A stretch of 64,000 nucleotides of DNA from an uncultured virus (IMG/VR IMGVR_UViG_3300025605_000006). Lineage: Duplodnaviria; Heunggongvirae; Uroviricota; Caudoviricetes. Position numbers and translations under genes: made by a program. Of this stretch, positions 54,082 through 62,510 are shown in pieces (position 1 is the stretch's first letter; each line of letters starts with the position of its first letter). The notes below the pieces were generated by a model. That model was not told where the DNA came from. It did not search any database and saw only the letters and a list, made by a program, of their open reading frames with translations. Location: IMG/VR virus record IMGVR_UViG_3300025605_000006, one strand, 5' to 3'.

Positions 54082-54612
54082 ATGAAACTGCTAGAGAAGT
54101 ACGAGACCCGCGCCCGAGAATACGGGTGGGAATTCGAAGCCACGCACACGATCGACGGAGTCGCTATCAAAGTCTGGAACGATGAGTTCTTCGGAGCCGG
54201 ATACCCCCATCTCATGACTGGGGTCATCGTTGGGGGCACGAAGTTGGAGCAGGGGAGGATCTTCATCTCTTACGGCAGCAAGGTCGAGGAGCACAAGGTC
54301 AGTCAGCGTTACCACCTTGACGTTATGGCAAACCACGAACACCCTATTCGATACAAGGTGTTCTACGATGCCTTCCTTGCCACCAACCCGATGGAGCGAT
54401 CGGAGAAGGTCATGGCGTCACGAGCCTCCAGTGAGGCCTTCCCTATTTCGGAACGCCAGGTTCGTAAGGCTCGCATCTGTGGGTTCACCGACGACTACAC
54501 GATGGATCAACTCTGCTGCAGGCTTCTCTCCAGACACCCTGGTGAGATTTACGGATACCTCAAGTGGGAGCACGGAGTTGACATCAGTGAAGGAGTCGAG
54601 GTTGAGGCCTGA
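54082..54612 (+). CDS. hypothetical protein
   Basis: TTGACA(54030)-17-TACCAT promoter, AAAGGA SD. Confidence 0.7.
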   Translation: MKLLEKYETRAREYGWEFEATHTIDGVAIKVWNDEFFGAGYPHLMTGVIVGGTKLEQGRIFISYGSKVEEHKVSQRYHLDVMANHEHPIRYKVFYDAFLATNPMERSEKVMASRASSEAFPISERQVRKARICGFTDDYTMDQLCCRLLSRHPGEIYGYLKWEHGVDISEGVEVEA

Positions 54613-54985
54613 CGACGAGTTCACGGAATCCCTCCTAAACGACCCGACGTGCCGTCGCTGCGGGGGAGCCCTTCCTCCAGCGGAGAACGACGAGTTCCCC
54701 CTTCAGAGAGAAGGAGGACTGGTCGTAAGACTCGACGGGGGCTACGGAATGTTCCACGACTTCATCGACAGTCAGTGCAGGATCAACATCTACTTGTGTC
54801 ACCACTGTGCTGTCGGACTCATGGACTTCATGGGGTTCAACCCCAACTACGATCAGGAGTTCCGGGGTCTACACCCTTACGATGAGCCAGGAAGCCCTTG
54901 CTGTGACTACGGTTGGACTTCTGGCGGTCAGGGGATCGTCTTCGGGCACGAAGATCCGGACTCCCGGACTCCCGGACCCACCTGA
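54602..54985 (+). CDS. hypothetical zinc-binding protein
   Basis: CRRC...GGYGMFHD...LCHHC. Confidence 0.6.
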   Translation: MRPDDEFTESLLNDPTCRRCGGALPPAENDEFPLQREGGLVVRLDGGYGMFHDFIDSQCRINIYLCHHCAVGLMDFMGFNPNYDQEFRGLHPYDEPGSPCCDYGWTSGGQGIVFGHEDPDSRTPGPT

Positions 54986-55025
54986 GGACTTCTGGACTGT
55001 CGGACTGTCGGACTGTCGGACTGTA
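54958..55025 (+). repeat. (GGACTNNN)n array, 3+5 units
   Basis: GGACTCCC x2, GGACCCAC, then GGACTTCT, GGACTGTC x3, GGACTGTA. Confidence 0.92.
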
Positions 55026-55085
55026 GCAGCACATTGCTAACCTTCAAGTGGATAAACTTGATAACGCACGAATAGTGTTCGACAA

Positions 55086-55766
55086 ATGAAGGTGAAGACA
55101 TCTCAAGTGGCTCAAGAGGCAAGACATCCAGCCAAGTTCTCCGACGTCATCCTTGACGAAATCGAGATGATGCTCAAGAAACGAGAGTTCGAGGGGCGGA
55201 TCCTTGACCCCTTTGCTGGAACAGGCAAAATCCACAGACTATCTAGCCTTGAGGGGGTTGAAACAGTTGGCCTTGAAATCGAGCCTGAGTGGGCTGAAAT
55301 GCATCCAGGAACCGTTGTAGGAGATGCCCTGTGCCCTCCGTTCGAGCCTCGTAGCTTTGAAGCGATAGTCACCTCCCCGGTGTACGGGTCGAGAATGTCA
55401 GACCATCACAACGCTAGAGACAACTCCGCACGGAACACCTACAAGCATTGCCTGGGGAGAGACCTGCATCCGAACAATTCGGGGCAGTTGCACTTCGGGG
55501 AACAGTACAAAGAGTTCCACCTAAAGGCCTGGGGGGCTCTACTTCCCCTCATTGACGTCGGAGGGATCTTCATCCTCAATGTCTCAAACTTCATCAAGAA
55601 GGGAGAGGAAGTGGATGTGGTGGGGTGGCATCGAGCCGCAGTGTCCGGACTTGTCGGTTCTTTACCTTTAGAGGTCCGGACTGTCGTTACTCCTAGATAT
55701 AGGAGGGGGTCCAACTCGTCCTTGCGTGTGCCGTCCGAGGTCGTCCTGTTGTGGGACCTCAGCTGA
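55086..55766 (+). CDS. amino-DNA methyltransferase (N4-C/N6-A type)
   Basis: HPAKF, ILDPFAGTG (motif I), IVTSPVY (motif IV variant). Confidence 0.8.
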   Translation: MKVKTSQVAQEARHPAKFSDVILDEIEMMLKKREFEGRILDPFAGTGKIHRLSSLEGVETVGLEIEPEWAEMHPGTVVGDALCPPFEPRSFEAIVTSPVYGSRMSDHHNARDNSARNTYKHCLGRDLHPNNSGQLHFGEQYKEFHLKAWGALLPLIDVGGIFILNVSNFIKKGEEVDVVGWHRAAVSGLVGSLPLEVRTVVTPRYRRGSNSSLRVPSEVVLLWDLS

Positions 55767-56005
55767 GGTCCTGTGGCCGTTCACAGGCATGACGATACGT
55801 AGGTGGTTCCCCACTCATGCCTTCCAGTATGGCAGATGGATCTCCACACGTCAAGGGCAATATCACCCACTTGACAGCCTTGACTTTTCTGTGCAACACT
55901 ATGGATGGTGGAAAAGGTGCGAGTCCCGGACGGGACTAGGACTCAGGGGACGATTTCTCGAAGAAATCGCTTGACACCCGGAGCGGGCGCTGATACCATG
56001 GCCCC

Positions 56006-56167
56006 ATGAGCTTGAACGAGACAGTCGAGGAAGCACAGAAGGCCCTCCGTCAGGAGGGGTTGAAGGGGCGCACGAAGATCATTCGAGTGGCTCACCTCAT
56101 GAGCACTCAGGGTGTCACGGCACAGGAAGCTGTGTCGACTCTCTACCCGCGAACGGTCGACCTGTGA
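56006..56167 (+). CDS. small hypothetical protein (53 aa, leaderless, absent from ORF track)
   Basis: TTGACA(55971)-17-TACCAT-6-ATG. Confidence 0.7.
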   Translation: MSLNETVEEAQKALRQEGLKGRTKIIRVAHLMSTQGVTAQEAVSTLYPRTVDL

Positions 56168-56394
56168 AGCGGTTCGACAACGTTTGCGACGACATCCCGA
56201 CGTGGGAGCTTGTGTGGACCACCAAGAAGGGGAGGACTCGACATCTTGAGTACCTGTCGGAACCTAGCCACCCCCAACAGGCTCTCGTGGTCCGCAAGAG
56301 TCTCCTCAAGGAGAGCGACGTCCCTGCGGGGAGCAACGGGCTCGCCCTTGTGGATGAAAACGGAGGGGAACGGGCATGGATCAGCTTGCACTAG
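56164..56394 (+). CDS. hypothetical protein
   Basis: GTGA coupling. Confidence 0.55.
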   Translation: MKRFDNVCDDIPTWELVWTTKKGRTRHLEYLSEPSHPQQALVVRKSLLKESDVPAGSNGLALVDENGGERAWISLH

Positions 56395-56558
56395 GCAAGG
56401 CCTTGGAGTACCTGCGGTCCCTGGAGGACGATGGGGTGGTCCGAATCGACGGATGGGGTCCGGGGTGGGTCGCTATCACCGCACTCCGTCAAGACTGGGC
56501 AGCGGTAGCTGGGGCCTACCTGGAAAACTTACTTGACATCGATGTGATCGTCAAGTAA
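56376..56558 (+). CDS. hypothetical protein
   Basis: overlapping ORF, GGAGG upstream. Confidence 0.5.
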   Translation: MDQLALGKALEYLRSLEDDGVVRIDGWGPGWVAITALRQDWAAVAGAYLENLLDIDVIVK

Positions 56559-56819
56559 GCTACTGTCAGCGTCAATAGAACGTTTGACTATCGAGGGAAG
56601 CGCCCTGAGAGGGTCGTACTTCCCGAAGAAACCGAACAGGTGTCCTGTGATGAACCCCCAAGCGAGGACGACAGGCCACCTTTTTCGTGGGTGACGGACA
56701 GCGGACGAGAACGCTGTGGACATGGTGTCCTTGCGTGTAGCGACAGCAAACCCATCGTATCCGACGACATAGGCTGTCAGTCCTAGCCAGGCTGCTCCGC
56801 CTGGGGTGATACGAGCCAT
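56529..56819 (-). CDS. small membrane-associated protein of actinophage type
   Basis: AWLGLTAYVVGYD...TMS......HP..RW......GHL. Confidence 0.65.
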   Translation of the reverse strand: MARITPGGAAWLGLTAYVVGYDGFAVATRKDTMSTAFSSAVRHPRKRWPVVLAWGFITGHLFGFFGKYDPLRALPSIVKRSIDADSSLLDDHIDVK

Positions 56820-56867
56820 TCGGACATGGTAGCAGGGGGCCGGGACTCGACCCCCTGCTGCACCGTC

Positions 56868-57080
56868 CTAGCTCTCTCCGCGGTCATCGTGGAGGAGGTA
56901 TCGCACGTCCTCGTGCGTGCACCAGACGCCCCCGTGGGGGAGCGAGTAGAGCTGACGCTCGTCGTCGCTGTAGACGGTGGCGAACTTGGCGTCCGTCCAT
57001 CCTTCCTGGCTCCAAAACAGCGGGTACCCCTCATCGGAGGTGTCTGCCGCAGCGGTGCTGGCGATGTAGTGCTTAGCCAT
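56868..57080 (-). CDS. hypothetical protein
   Basis: - strand TTGACA(57138)-17-TACAGT; LFWSQEGW...ATVY. Confidence 0.7.
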   Translation of the reverse strand: MAKHYIASTAAADTSDEGYPLFWSQEGWTDAKFATVYSDDERQLYSLPHGGVWCTHEDVRYLLHDDRGES

Positions 57081-57198
57081 GTGGGTTTCCCTTTCGTCGT
57101 TGTGAGTGCACTGTAGCAAGGGCGGCTTCACTTGTCAAGCGAAAAGTTTTAGAAAATAGGGGTTGACGATAGCGGGGGGTTCCTGTATTGTCTAAGGC

Positions 57199-57960
57199 AT
57201 GACAACGAACACCGCCACCGAAACCCTCTCGACTGATCAGGTTCTCGTCGGGATGCTGACTGAGAACACTGGGAGCCACTTCCTCGACTCAGGGGGAGCC
57301 TATGGTCGTCACTGGGAGCGAAATCAGGGGATGACTGTCGAGTCGGCCCTGGCAGCCCCCGCGGCTTCCTGGGGATATAACGGGGAGTACGTCGTTCTCG
57401 ACGTGTTCCACTTCCTCCGGGAGCGTGTCGACTTCGATGCTGAGCTTCAGGCTGAGTTCGACGCCTTCACCGACCAGCGTGAGGATGCCGGAGAGTCGTG
57501 GGAGAGTGTTCTCTCCGCGTGGCTGGAAGCCAGCCCCCATCGCCATGTTGAGGGTGGGTACACCTACAACTTCGACAACTCCCTCTCACAGGATGTCGTC
57601 TATGACATCCTTGAGGATGAGTGTGGCGAGTACATCCTGATCCTCCGCATCCACAACGGATGCGATGCCCGCGGGGGGTTCACTTCCCCCAAGTTCTTCC
57701 GGGGAAGCCTGAGCTTCCTGTATGACTGCAACGACTTCAGCGTCTACTGTGAGGGCCAGGAGCCTCCGCAGCGGGAGACCCTACCGGGGTTCCCTGACGC
57801 TGAGCGTCAGACTCACTCCTGGCACTTCTACGGGGGCGATGCATACGATCAGGAGGGCACGAGTGCCGATGTCGACTTCTCCATGAATGACGACGACATC
57901 GTGGAATGCCCCACCTGTGGGGCGGCCTGCCAGATTGAGGCCCCCTACCCCTCTGACTGA
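57199..57960 (+). CDS. conserved hypothetical protein (leaderless)
   Basis: MLTENTGSHFLDSGGAYGRHWERNQ, HNGCDARGGFT; TTGACG(57163)-17-TATTGT-7-ATG. Confidence 0.8.
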   Translation: MTTNTATETLSTDQVLVGMLTENTGSHFLDSGGAYGRHWERNQGMTVESALAAPAASWGYNGEYVVLDVFHFLRERVDFDAELQAEFDAFTDQREDAGESWESVLSAWLEASPHRHVEGGYTYNFDNSLSQDVVYDILEDECGEYILILRIHNGCDARGGFTSPKFFRGSLSFLYDCNDFSVYCEGQEPPQRETLPGFPDAERQTHSWHFYGGDAYDQEGTSADVDFSMNDDDIVECPTCGAACQIEAPYPSD

Positions 57961-57970
57961 GGGGTAGGGG
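57942..57970 (+). terminator. perfect 12-bp hairpin
   Basis: CCCCTACCCCTC-TGACT-GAGGGGTAGGGG spanning the stop codon. Confidence 0.7.
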
Positions 57971-58035
57971 TAGCCCCCGGCAAGTTTCTCGAAAAATCCC
58001 TTGACAGAACACTCAGGCGGAGGTACAGTTACAGC

Positions 58036-58182
58036 ATGCTCACCGAAACCAACCAGAACACCGGCCACCCCCTCACGCTGGATAACGGGGCCACCGTGCT
58101 CGGGTATACCGAGTTCGGCCCCTACATGGGATTTTTCTCTTATGTAGATTTGGAGAACGCATACAAGGAGGAAATGCAATGA
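58036..58182 (+). CDS. small hypothetical protein (48 aa, leaderless, absent from ORF track)
   Basis: TTGACA(58001)-17-TACAGT-6-ATG; ATGA coupling to the next gene. Confidence 0.7.
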   Translation: MLTETNQNTGHPLTLDNGATVLGYTEFGPYMGFFSYVDLENAYKEEMQ

Positions 58183-58391
58183 CGACTCTTGGATACGAGA
58201 TTCGTGGGAAGGACGGGTTTTATGTCCGTCGCCAGATTTCATCCAATACTTTGCAGTTGGTTGTCGGCCACGATAATGTTGCTGGGGGATTGTGGGTCGA
58301 GTGGGCTGAGAATGAGAATGCCCACGAAATTCACAATCACGCCCGACGAATGATTCGCCAGGCACGAAAGGAAGGATTCGCAGATGCTTGA
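58179..58391 (+). CDS. hypothetical protein
   Basis: AAGGAGG SD. Confidence 0.65.
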   Translation: MTTLGYEIRGKDGFYVRRQISSNTLQLVVGHDNVAGGLWVEWAENENAHEIHNHARRMIRQARKEGFADA

Positions 58392-58764
58392 CCCAAGAAT
58401 CCACTACACGCAATTTCCGTGGGACCGATTCAAAGAATGTGTCCGTGCTACGAACGCTGAACTTTGGAACGGTCCATTCAGTCCAGGTTACTGGACCGAG
58501 GTAGATCCTCTGGAGAGTTATGAGTGGAGAGGGTTTCAGAAGGCTCTCGATGATATTCGAGAGATGCTGGAGGATTTGCCTTCCACGATTTACGTCGATG
58601 AGGACGACGAAATCATTGGAGAACTGGACCCGTATGAGAATCCCAACAACTGGGAGGACGATCCCGAACGAGAGGGAGAGTACCTTTACTACGGTCCGTG
58701 GGATTACTCTGCTGTAAACGTAGCAGAAATTCTGCTACCCCGAGAAGTTTACACCCTGATCTAA
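58384..58764 (+). CDS. hypothetical acidic protein
   Basis: AAGGA SD. Confidence 0.65.
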   Translation: MLDPRIHYTQFPWDRFKECVRATNAELWNGPFSPGYWTEVDPLESYEWRGFQKALDDIREMLEDLPSTIYVDEDDEIIGELDPYENPNNWEDDPEREGEYLYYGPWDYSAVNVAEILLPREVYTLI

Positions 58765-58774
58765 GGAGCAAAGA

Positions 58775-59116
58775 ATGCAACGAATCAACATCTTCGGAGC
58801 CAAGGGAGGGGTTGGTTGCACGACCCTCTCCGTAATTCTTGGATACGAAATCTCCAAGTCTGGCGAGAGCGTGTATCTGAATGGTGGGACATACCATACC
58901 GCCAACGTCGAAATGAATCGGGACCTACAAGCCGTGGCAGGAATTCCTGCAATGGTGCAGGATGCGAAGATTTCGGACGGAGCTACTGTTTCGTACAGCC
59001 TTGAAATCCCCGATGATGCATGGCGCATCATTGATAGGGGAACGAACTACGCTGTCATCTTCGACACCCCGAGAGTCCGAGTGCAACGCAACCCGGAACC
59101 CTCAGACCTCAACTAG
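58775..59116 (+). CDS. truncated ParA/MinD-like P-loop protein
   Basis: INIFGAKGGVGCTTLS deviant Walker A; AAGGAG SD. Confidence 0.55.
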   Translation: MQRINIFGAKGGVGCTTLSVILGYEISKSGESVYLNGGTYHTANVEMNRDLQAVAGIPAMVQDAKISDGATVSYSLEIPDDAWRIIDRGTNYAVIFDTPRVRVQRNPEPSDLN

Positions 59117-59321
59117 GGCGGGATGTGCTTGCCCTCATGCCTGACGGGCTCATGGTCTGCGTGGCTGAAACCCAAGACACTCAGGCTGCAATGGTCGCAG
59201 CTCAAGCGGTGGAGGACACACTGGGACGCATCTTGGGGGACCTGAGGTCGTCCGTCCCTCGTCCGTCCGCTTAGGACTGGACGTGGGACAACCCCCCCCA
59301 GAGGGGGCCATCCCTGTCCTC

Positions 59322-59468
59322 TCAGTCCTCCGGGTCGAAGGGGAGGAGCTGAAGGTCCTCACCGACGACCTTGTTGGTGAAGATGAGGAGCTGTCCTTCG
59401 TAGTCCTCCAGCAGCTCTGCTTCTGGGAGGAGGCCAAGGATTGCGTTGCGGAGTTCGGTGTAGGTCAT
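59322..59468 (-). CDS. small hypothetical protein (48 aa, leaderless, absent from ORF track)
   Basis: - strand TTGACA(59503)-17-TATAGT-6-ATG; MTYTELRNAILGLLPEA... Confidence 0.7.
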   Translation of the reverse strand: MTYTELRNAILGLLPEAELLEDYEGQLLIFTNKVVGEDLQLLPFDPED

Positions 59469-59510
59469 GACTTCACTATATCTGAGCAGTTGCTGCTTGT
59501 CAAGCAGTTT

Positions 59511-59609
59511 CTACTCATCCTCGCAGTCGTGACCGTAGGCCCATTCTTCCGCGTCGGTCTCGTCGGTGAGGTCGAAGATTCGGTTGCATTCGGTACATGT
59601 TGCGTTCAT
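59511..59609 (-). CDS. 32-aa zinc-finger-like microprotein (leaderless)
   Basis: - strand TTGACA(59645)-17-TATTGT-7-ATG; CTEC...GHDC. Confidence 0.7.
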   Translation of the reverse strand: MNATCTECNRIFDLTDETDAEEWAYGHDCEDE

Positions 59610-59705
59610 GGCTTGCACAATACAGGAGGGGGAGCCTTCTGTCAACAGGAAAATCTTTTCCAAAAACCCCTTGACAGGGAACCTAAACCTCCCTATAGTG
59701 AAGGC

Positions 59706-60560
59706 ATGAGCAAGCGAGACGCCTACCAAGCAGTCACCGACCGAGTGCTGGCACTCATTGACGAGGGCGTCGCCCCATGGCGCAAGCCGTGGGCCGACCA
59801 GATGCCCCGATCCATGAGCACCGGCAAGACCTACCGTGGGATCAACCTGTTCCTCCTGGATTCCGGGTGGTGGGGAACCTACAAGAAGATCGCAGAGATG
59901 GGCGGTCAGGTTCGCAAGGGGGAGAAGGGGAGCGTTGCAGTGTTCTGGCGCTTCATCGACTCCACCGATGCCGACGGCAACGAGAAGAAGATCCCCCTCC
60001 TGAGGTACTACCGTGTGTTCCGGCACACTCAGGCCGACTGGGCCGACGGGATGCCCGAGAAGTTCAGTCAGTCGAACCTGCCCGGCACCGACAACGAGAG
60101 GATCGTGGCCGCTGAGCAGATCGTCACGACCTATCGCAAGTCGGAGAACGCCCCCCGGTTCGACGCTGAGGGGTGGGATCGTGCCTGCTACATCCCCAGC
60201 ACCGATGCCATTCAGATACCTGCACTGGAACAGTTCGAGGCTTCCGAGCACTACTACTCGACCATGTTCCACGAGATGGGCCACTCCACGGGTGCAGCCT
60301 CTCGACTCAACCGAGAGGGCGTCACCGATACGGTGATGTTCGGGAGTCACCGCTACGCACGGGAGGAACTGGTAGCCGAGATGACCGCTGCCATGCTCAT
60401 GGGGCAGTGCGGGATTGAGGATGCCACCATCGAGTCGTCAGCGGCCTACCTGAAGCATTGGCGAGACCAGATCGAGGCCGACCCCCGGCTCATCGTCAAA
60501 GCCGCAGGGGAGGCACAGAGGGCGGCAGATCACATCCTGGGAGTCACCTGGGATGACTGA
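59706..60560 (+). CDS. ardC: ArdC-family antirestriction protein (ssDNA-binding plus zincin-like domain)
   Basis: GVAPWRKPW, TGKTYRGIN, GGQVRKGEKG, FHEMGHSTG...RLNR, YAREELVAE; TTGACA(59671)-17-TATAGT-6-ATG. Confidence 0.92.
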   Translation: MSKRDAYQAVTDRVLALIDEGVAPWRKPWADQMPRSMSTGKTYRGINLFLLDSGWWGTYKKIAEMGGQVRKGEKGSVAVFWRFIDSTDADGNEKKIPLLRYYRVFRHTQADWADGMPEKFSQSNLPGTDNERIVAAEQIVTTYRKSENAPRFDAEGWDRACYIPSTDAIQIPALEQFEASEHYYSTMFHEMGHSTGAASRLNREGVTDTVMFGSHRYAREELVAEMTAAMLMGQCGIEDATIESSAAYLKHWRDQIEADPRLIVKAAGEAQRAADHILGVTWDD

Positions 60561-60638
60561 GGGAGCGCCCCCCGGAAAGATGAAACTTTTCGGGGGGAAC
60601 CCCTTGACAATCGAACCCAACTGCCCTACCATAACCTC

Positions 60639-61079
60639 ATGGCACTACAGGAACCAGAGGCTATCGGTCGAACCGGCTTTCTGGATGAAAGTCCGTACAT
60701 CGAGACAAAGTTCCAGGACTTCGGACGACAGGACTGGGAGTCCTGGTTCACAGAAGGGCAATGCCACGCCCTAGCCATCGCCATCCATGAAGTCACCGGG
60801 TGGCGAATCTGGGCGGTAGGCACTGACGACTCGTTCGACTGTGACCTATGGGCGGGCCACCTGTTCATCCAGACGCCTACAGGCCACGCCCTAGACATCA
60901 CCGGCATCCTCTCCATGGATGAGATGACCCAACGCTGGGATGACTACATCCCTATCCCCACCTATTCCTTCCCTACCGACCCGGATGCCATCCTTGACTA
61001 CTGGCCGGAACCCCTCATGGGGGTAGCAGAAGCCATGGTGAACTACACGCTCGCGAACGCTGGGCTAGAAAGGGCTTGA
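60639..61079 (+). CDS. hypothetical protein with putative Cys-His-Asp triad (paralogue 1)
   Basis: FTEGQCHALAIAIHEVTGW...GHLF...LDITG; TTGACA(60604)-17-TACCAT-6-ATG. Confidence 0.75.
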   Translation: MALQEPEAIGRTGFLDESPYIETKFQDFGRQDWESWFTEGQCHALAIAIHEVTGWRIWAVGTDDSFDCDLWAGHLFIQTPTGHALDITGILSMDEMTQRWDDYIPIPTYSFPTDPDAILDYWPEPLMGVAEAMVNYTLANAGLERA

Positions 61080-61110
61080 CATGCCGACCCATATGACGTA
61101 CCATGAGTTC

Positions 61111-61518
61111 ATGTCAAACCCCACCCCGGAACTACTGGAAGCCTTCGGATGGTGGGGAGTAGACGACTGGGAAACCTACTTCACAGAGGGCGAATGCCAC
61201 GCCCTAGCCATCGCCATCCACGAGGCAACAGGATGGGATATCTGGGCAGTGGGCACGGGGCCGGACTTCAGTGTAGAGCACTGGGAGGGCCACGTTTTCA
61301 TCGCTACCCCCGACCTGCTCGCACTAGACATCACCGGACTTTCCACGTTTGAGGATCAGGAGCTACTGTGGTCGAACCTGGAACACGCCCCCTTCCTTAC
61401 CTCGGTGGGGGTACTGGAAGCAGTATGGGATCCCCCAGACCTGGAAACTGCTCGCAGCATGGTCGAATGGACTCTATCCAACGCTGGCCTGGAAGTCCCC
61501 GCCCAAGCCGGTCCGTAA
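61111..61518 (+). CDS. hypothetical protein with putative Cys-His-Asp triad (paralogue 2)
   Basis: FTEGECHALAIAIHEATGW...GHVF...LDITG; TTGACA(61076)-17-TACCAT-6-ATG. Confidence 0.75.
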   Translation: MSNPTPELLEAFGWWGVDDWETYFTEGECHALAIAIHEATGWDIWAVGTGPDFSVEHWEGHVFIATPDLLALDITGLSTFEDQELLWSNLEHAPFLTSVGVLEAVWDPPDLETARSMVEWTLSNAGLEVPAQAGP

Positions 61519-61531
61519 GACTCCAAAGGCT

Positions 61532-61571
61532 GGACGCTCGGACTTGCGGACTCTCGGACTCTCGGACTTGC
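61532..61571 (+). repeat. (GGACTNNN)5 array
   Basis: GGACGCTC GGACTTGC GGACTCTC GGACTCTC GGACTTGC. Confidence 0.9.
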
Positions 61572-61628
61572 GAGAAAAACTTCAAGAAACCCCTTGACAA
61601 TCGCAGCAATCCACGGTAAGGTACACAC

Positions 61629-62204
61629 ATGAACATCACGACGAGCCACACCACCACCATCACCTTGGAGCACGAGAAGGTCGGGAAGGTCATCCTGCCC
61701 TACGAGCCCACCGACCCCGACGACGTTATCATCTCCGACGACGGCAACACGATCACCTACGCTACCTTCGACCCGTGGCAGTTCGACTACGAGTTTCCTG
61801 AGGGCGTCGACTTCGTGCAGGGGAACCCCGGCTACATCCACTACTGCAACAACGTGCAGGAGTGGATCGACTCCATCCACGAGACCCCCCACATGAACAT
61901 CTTCCCAGTGGGCGTCTACGAGCACGGGAACATCGAATACTCCCTGGCGGGGGAGTCGATGTTCTCCTCCGACCAGTTCGACTACTGTGTGGGAGCGGCC
62001 ATCGCCATCCCCGGAGGCCCCGAGGGCTTCACCGACCCGGAGGGGGCGGCACGGGCCATCCTGAGGGAGTACACCGACTGGTGCAACGGGGAGACCTACT
62101 CGATCGTCACCCTCACCCGCAACGGAGACACCTGGGAGAATGACACCGACAGGGGAGTCATCGGATACCGCAACGCCCTGGAGGAGGTGGGAGCGGGGGC
62201 CTAG
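61629..62204 (+). CDS. conserved hypothetical protein (leaderless)
   Basis: VYEHGNI...EYTDWCNGETY; TTGACA(61594)-17-TAAGGT-6-ATG. Confidence 0.75.
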   Translation: MNITTSHTTTITLEHEKVGKVILPYEPTDPDDVIISDDGNTITYATFDPWQFDYEFPEGVDFVQGNPGYIHYCNNVQEWIDSIHETPHMNIFPVGVYEHGNIEYSLAGESMFSSDQFDYCVGAAIAIPGGPEGFTDPEGAARAILREYTDWCNGETYSIVTLTRNGDTWENDTDRGVIGYRNALEEVGAGA

Positions 62205-62317
62205 CCCCCTCCCCTTCCCCGAAGGTCCGGACTGACCCTGGATCTACTTACTTAGTCCCGTCGTCCGTCCCGTCCCCAGGACCTCCTGTTGTCCGGTCCT
62301 AGGGTCCTGTCATCCAT

Positions 62318-62346
62318 CGAACGTCCGTTCCTCGAACAGGTGTTCT
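62318..62346. promoter_or_regulatory. tandem LexA (SOS) boxes
   Basis: CGAACGTCCGTTCC-T-CGAACAGGTGTTCT. Confidence 0.65.
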
Positions 62347-62510
62347 GTCCGGTGGGACGCCCTCTCTCCCGACGTCTCCCTCAGTGGGGACTGTGTGTCG
62401 GTGGTTCCTGTGGATAACTCATCGGGTAGACCTTACCATGAGGCTACTTCGTGGCGCAATAGGCAAAATAACCTATTGCGTAGATGCTCTCCAGCTTGTA
62501 TAGTGAAGCC

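Noticed and set aside
55069..55081. Additional LexA box CGAATAGTGTTCG
   Set aside because: One base too short for CGAAC-N4-GTTCG, and the left half-site mismatches
59283..59705. N-terminal 141-aa extension of ArdC in the ORF track
   Set aside because: It overlaps two - strand microgenes and the divergent promoters; the family-like sequence starts at ATG 59706
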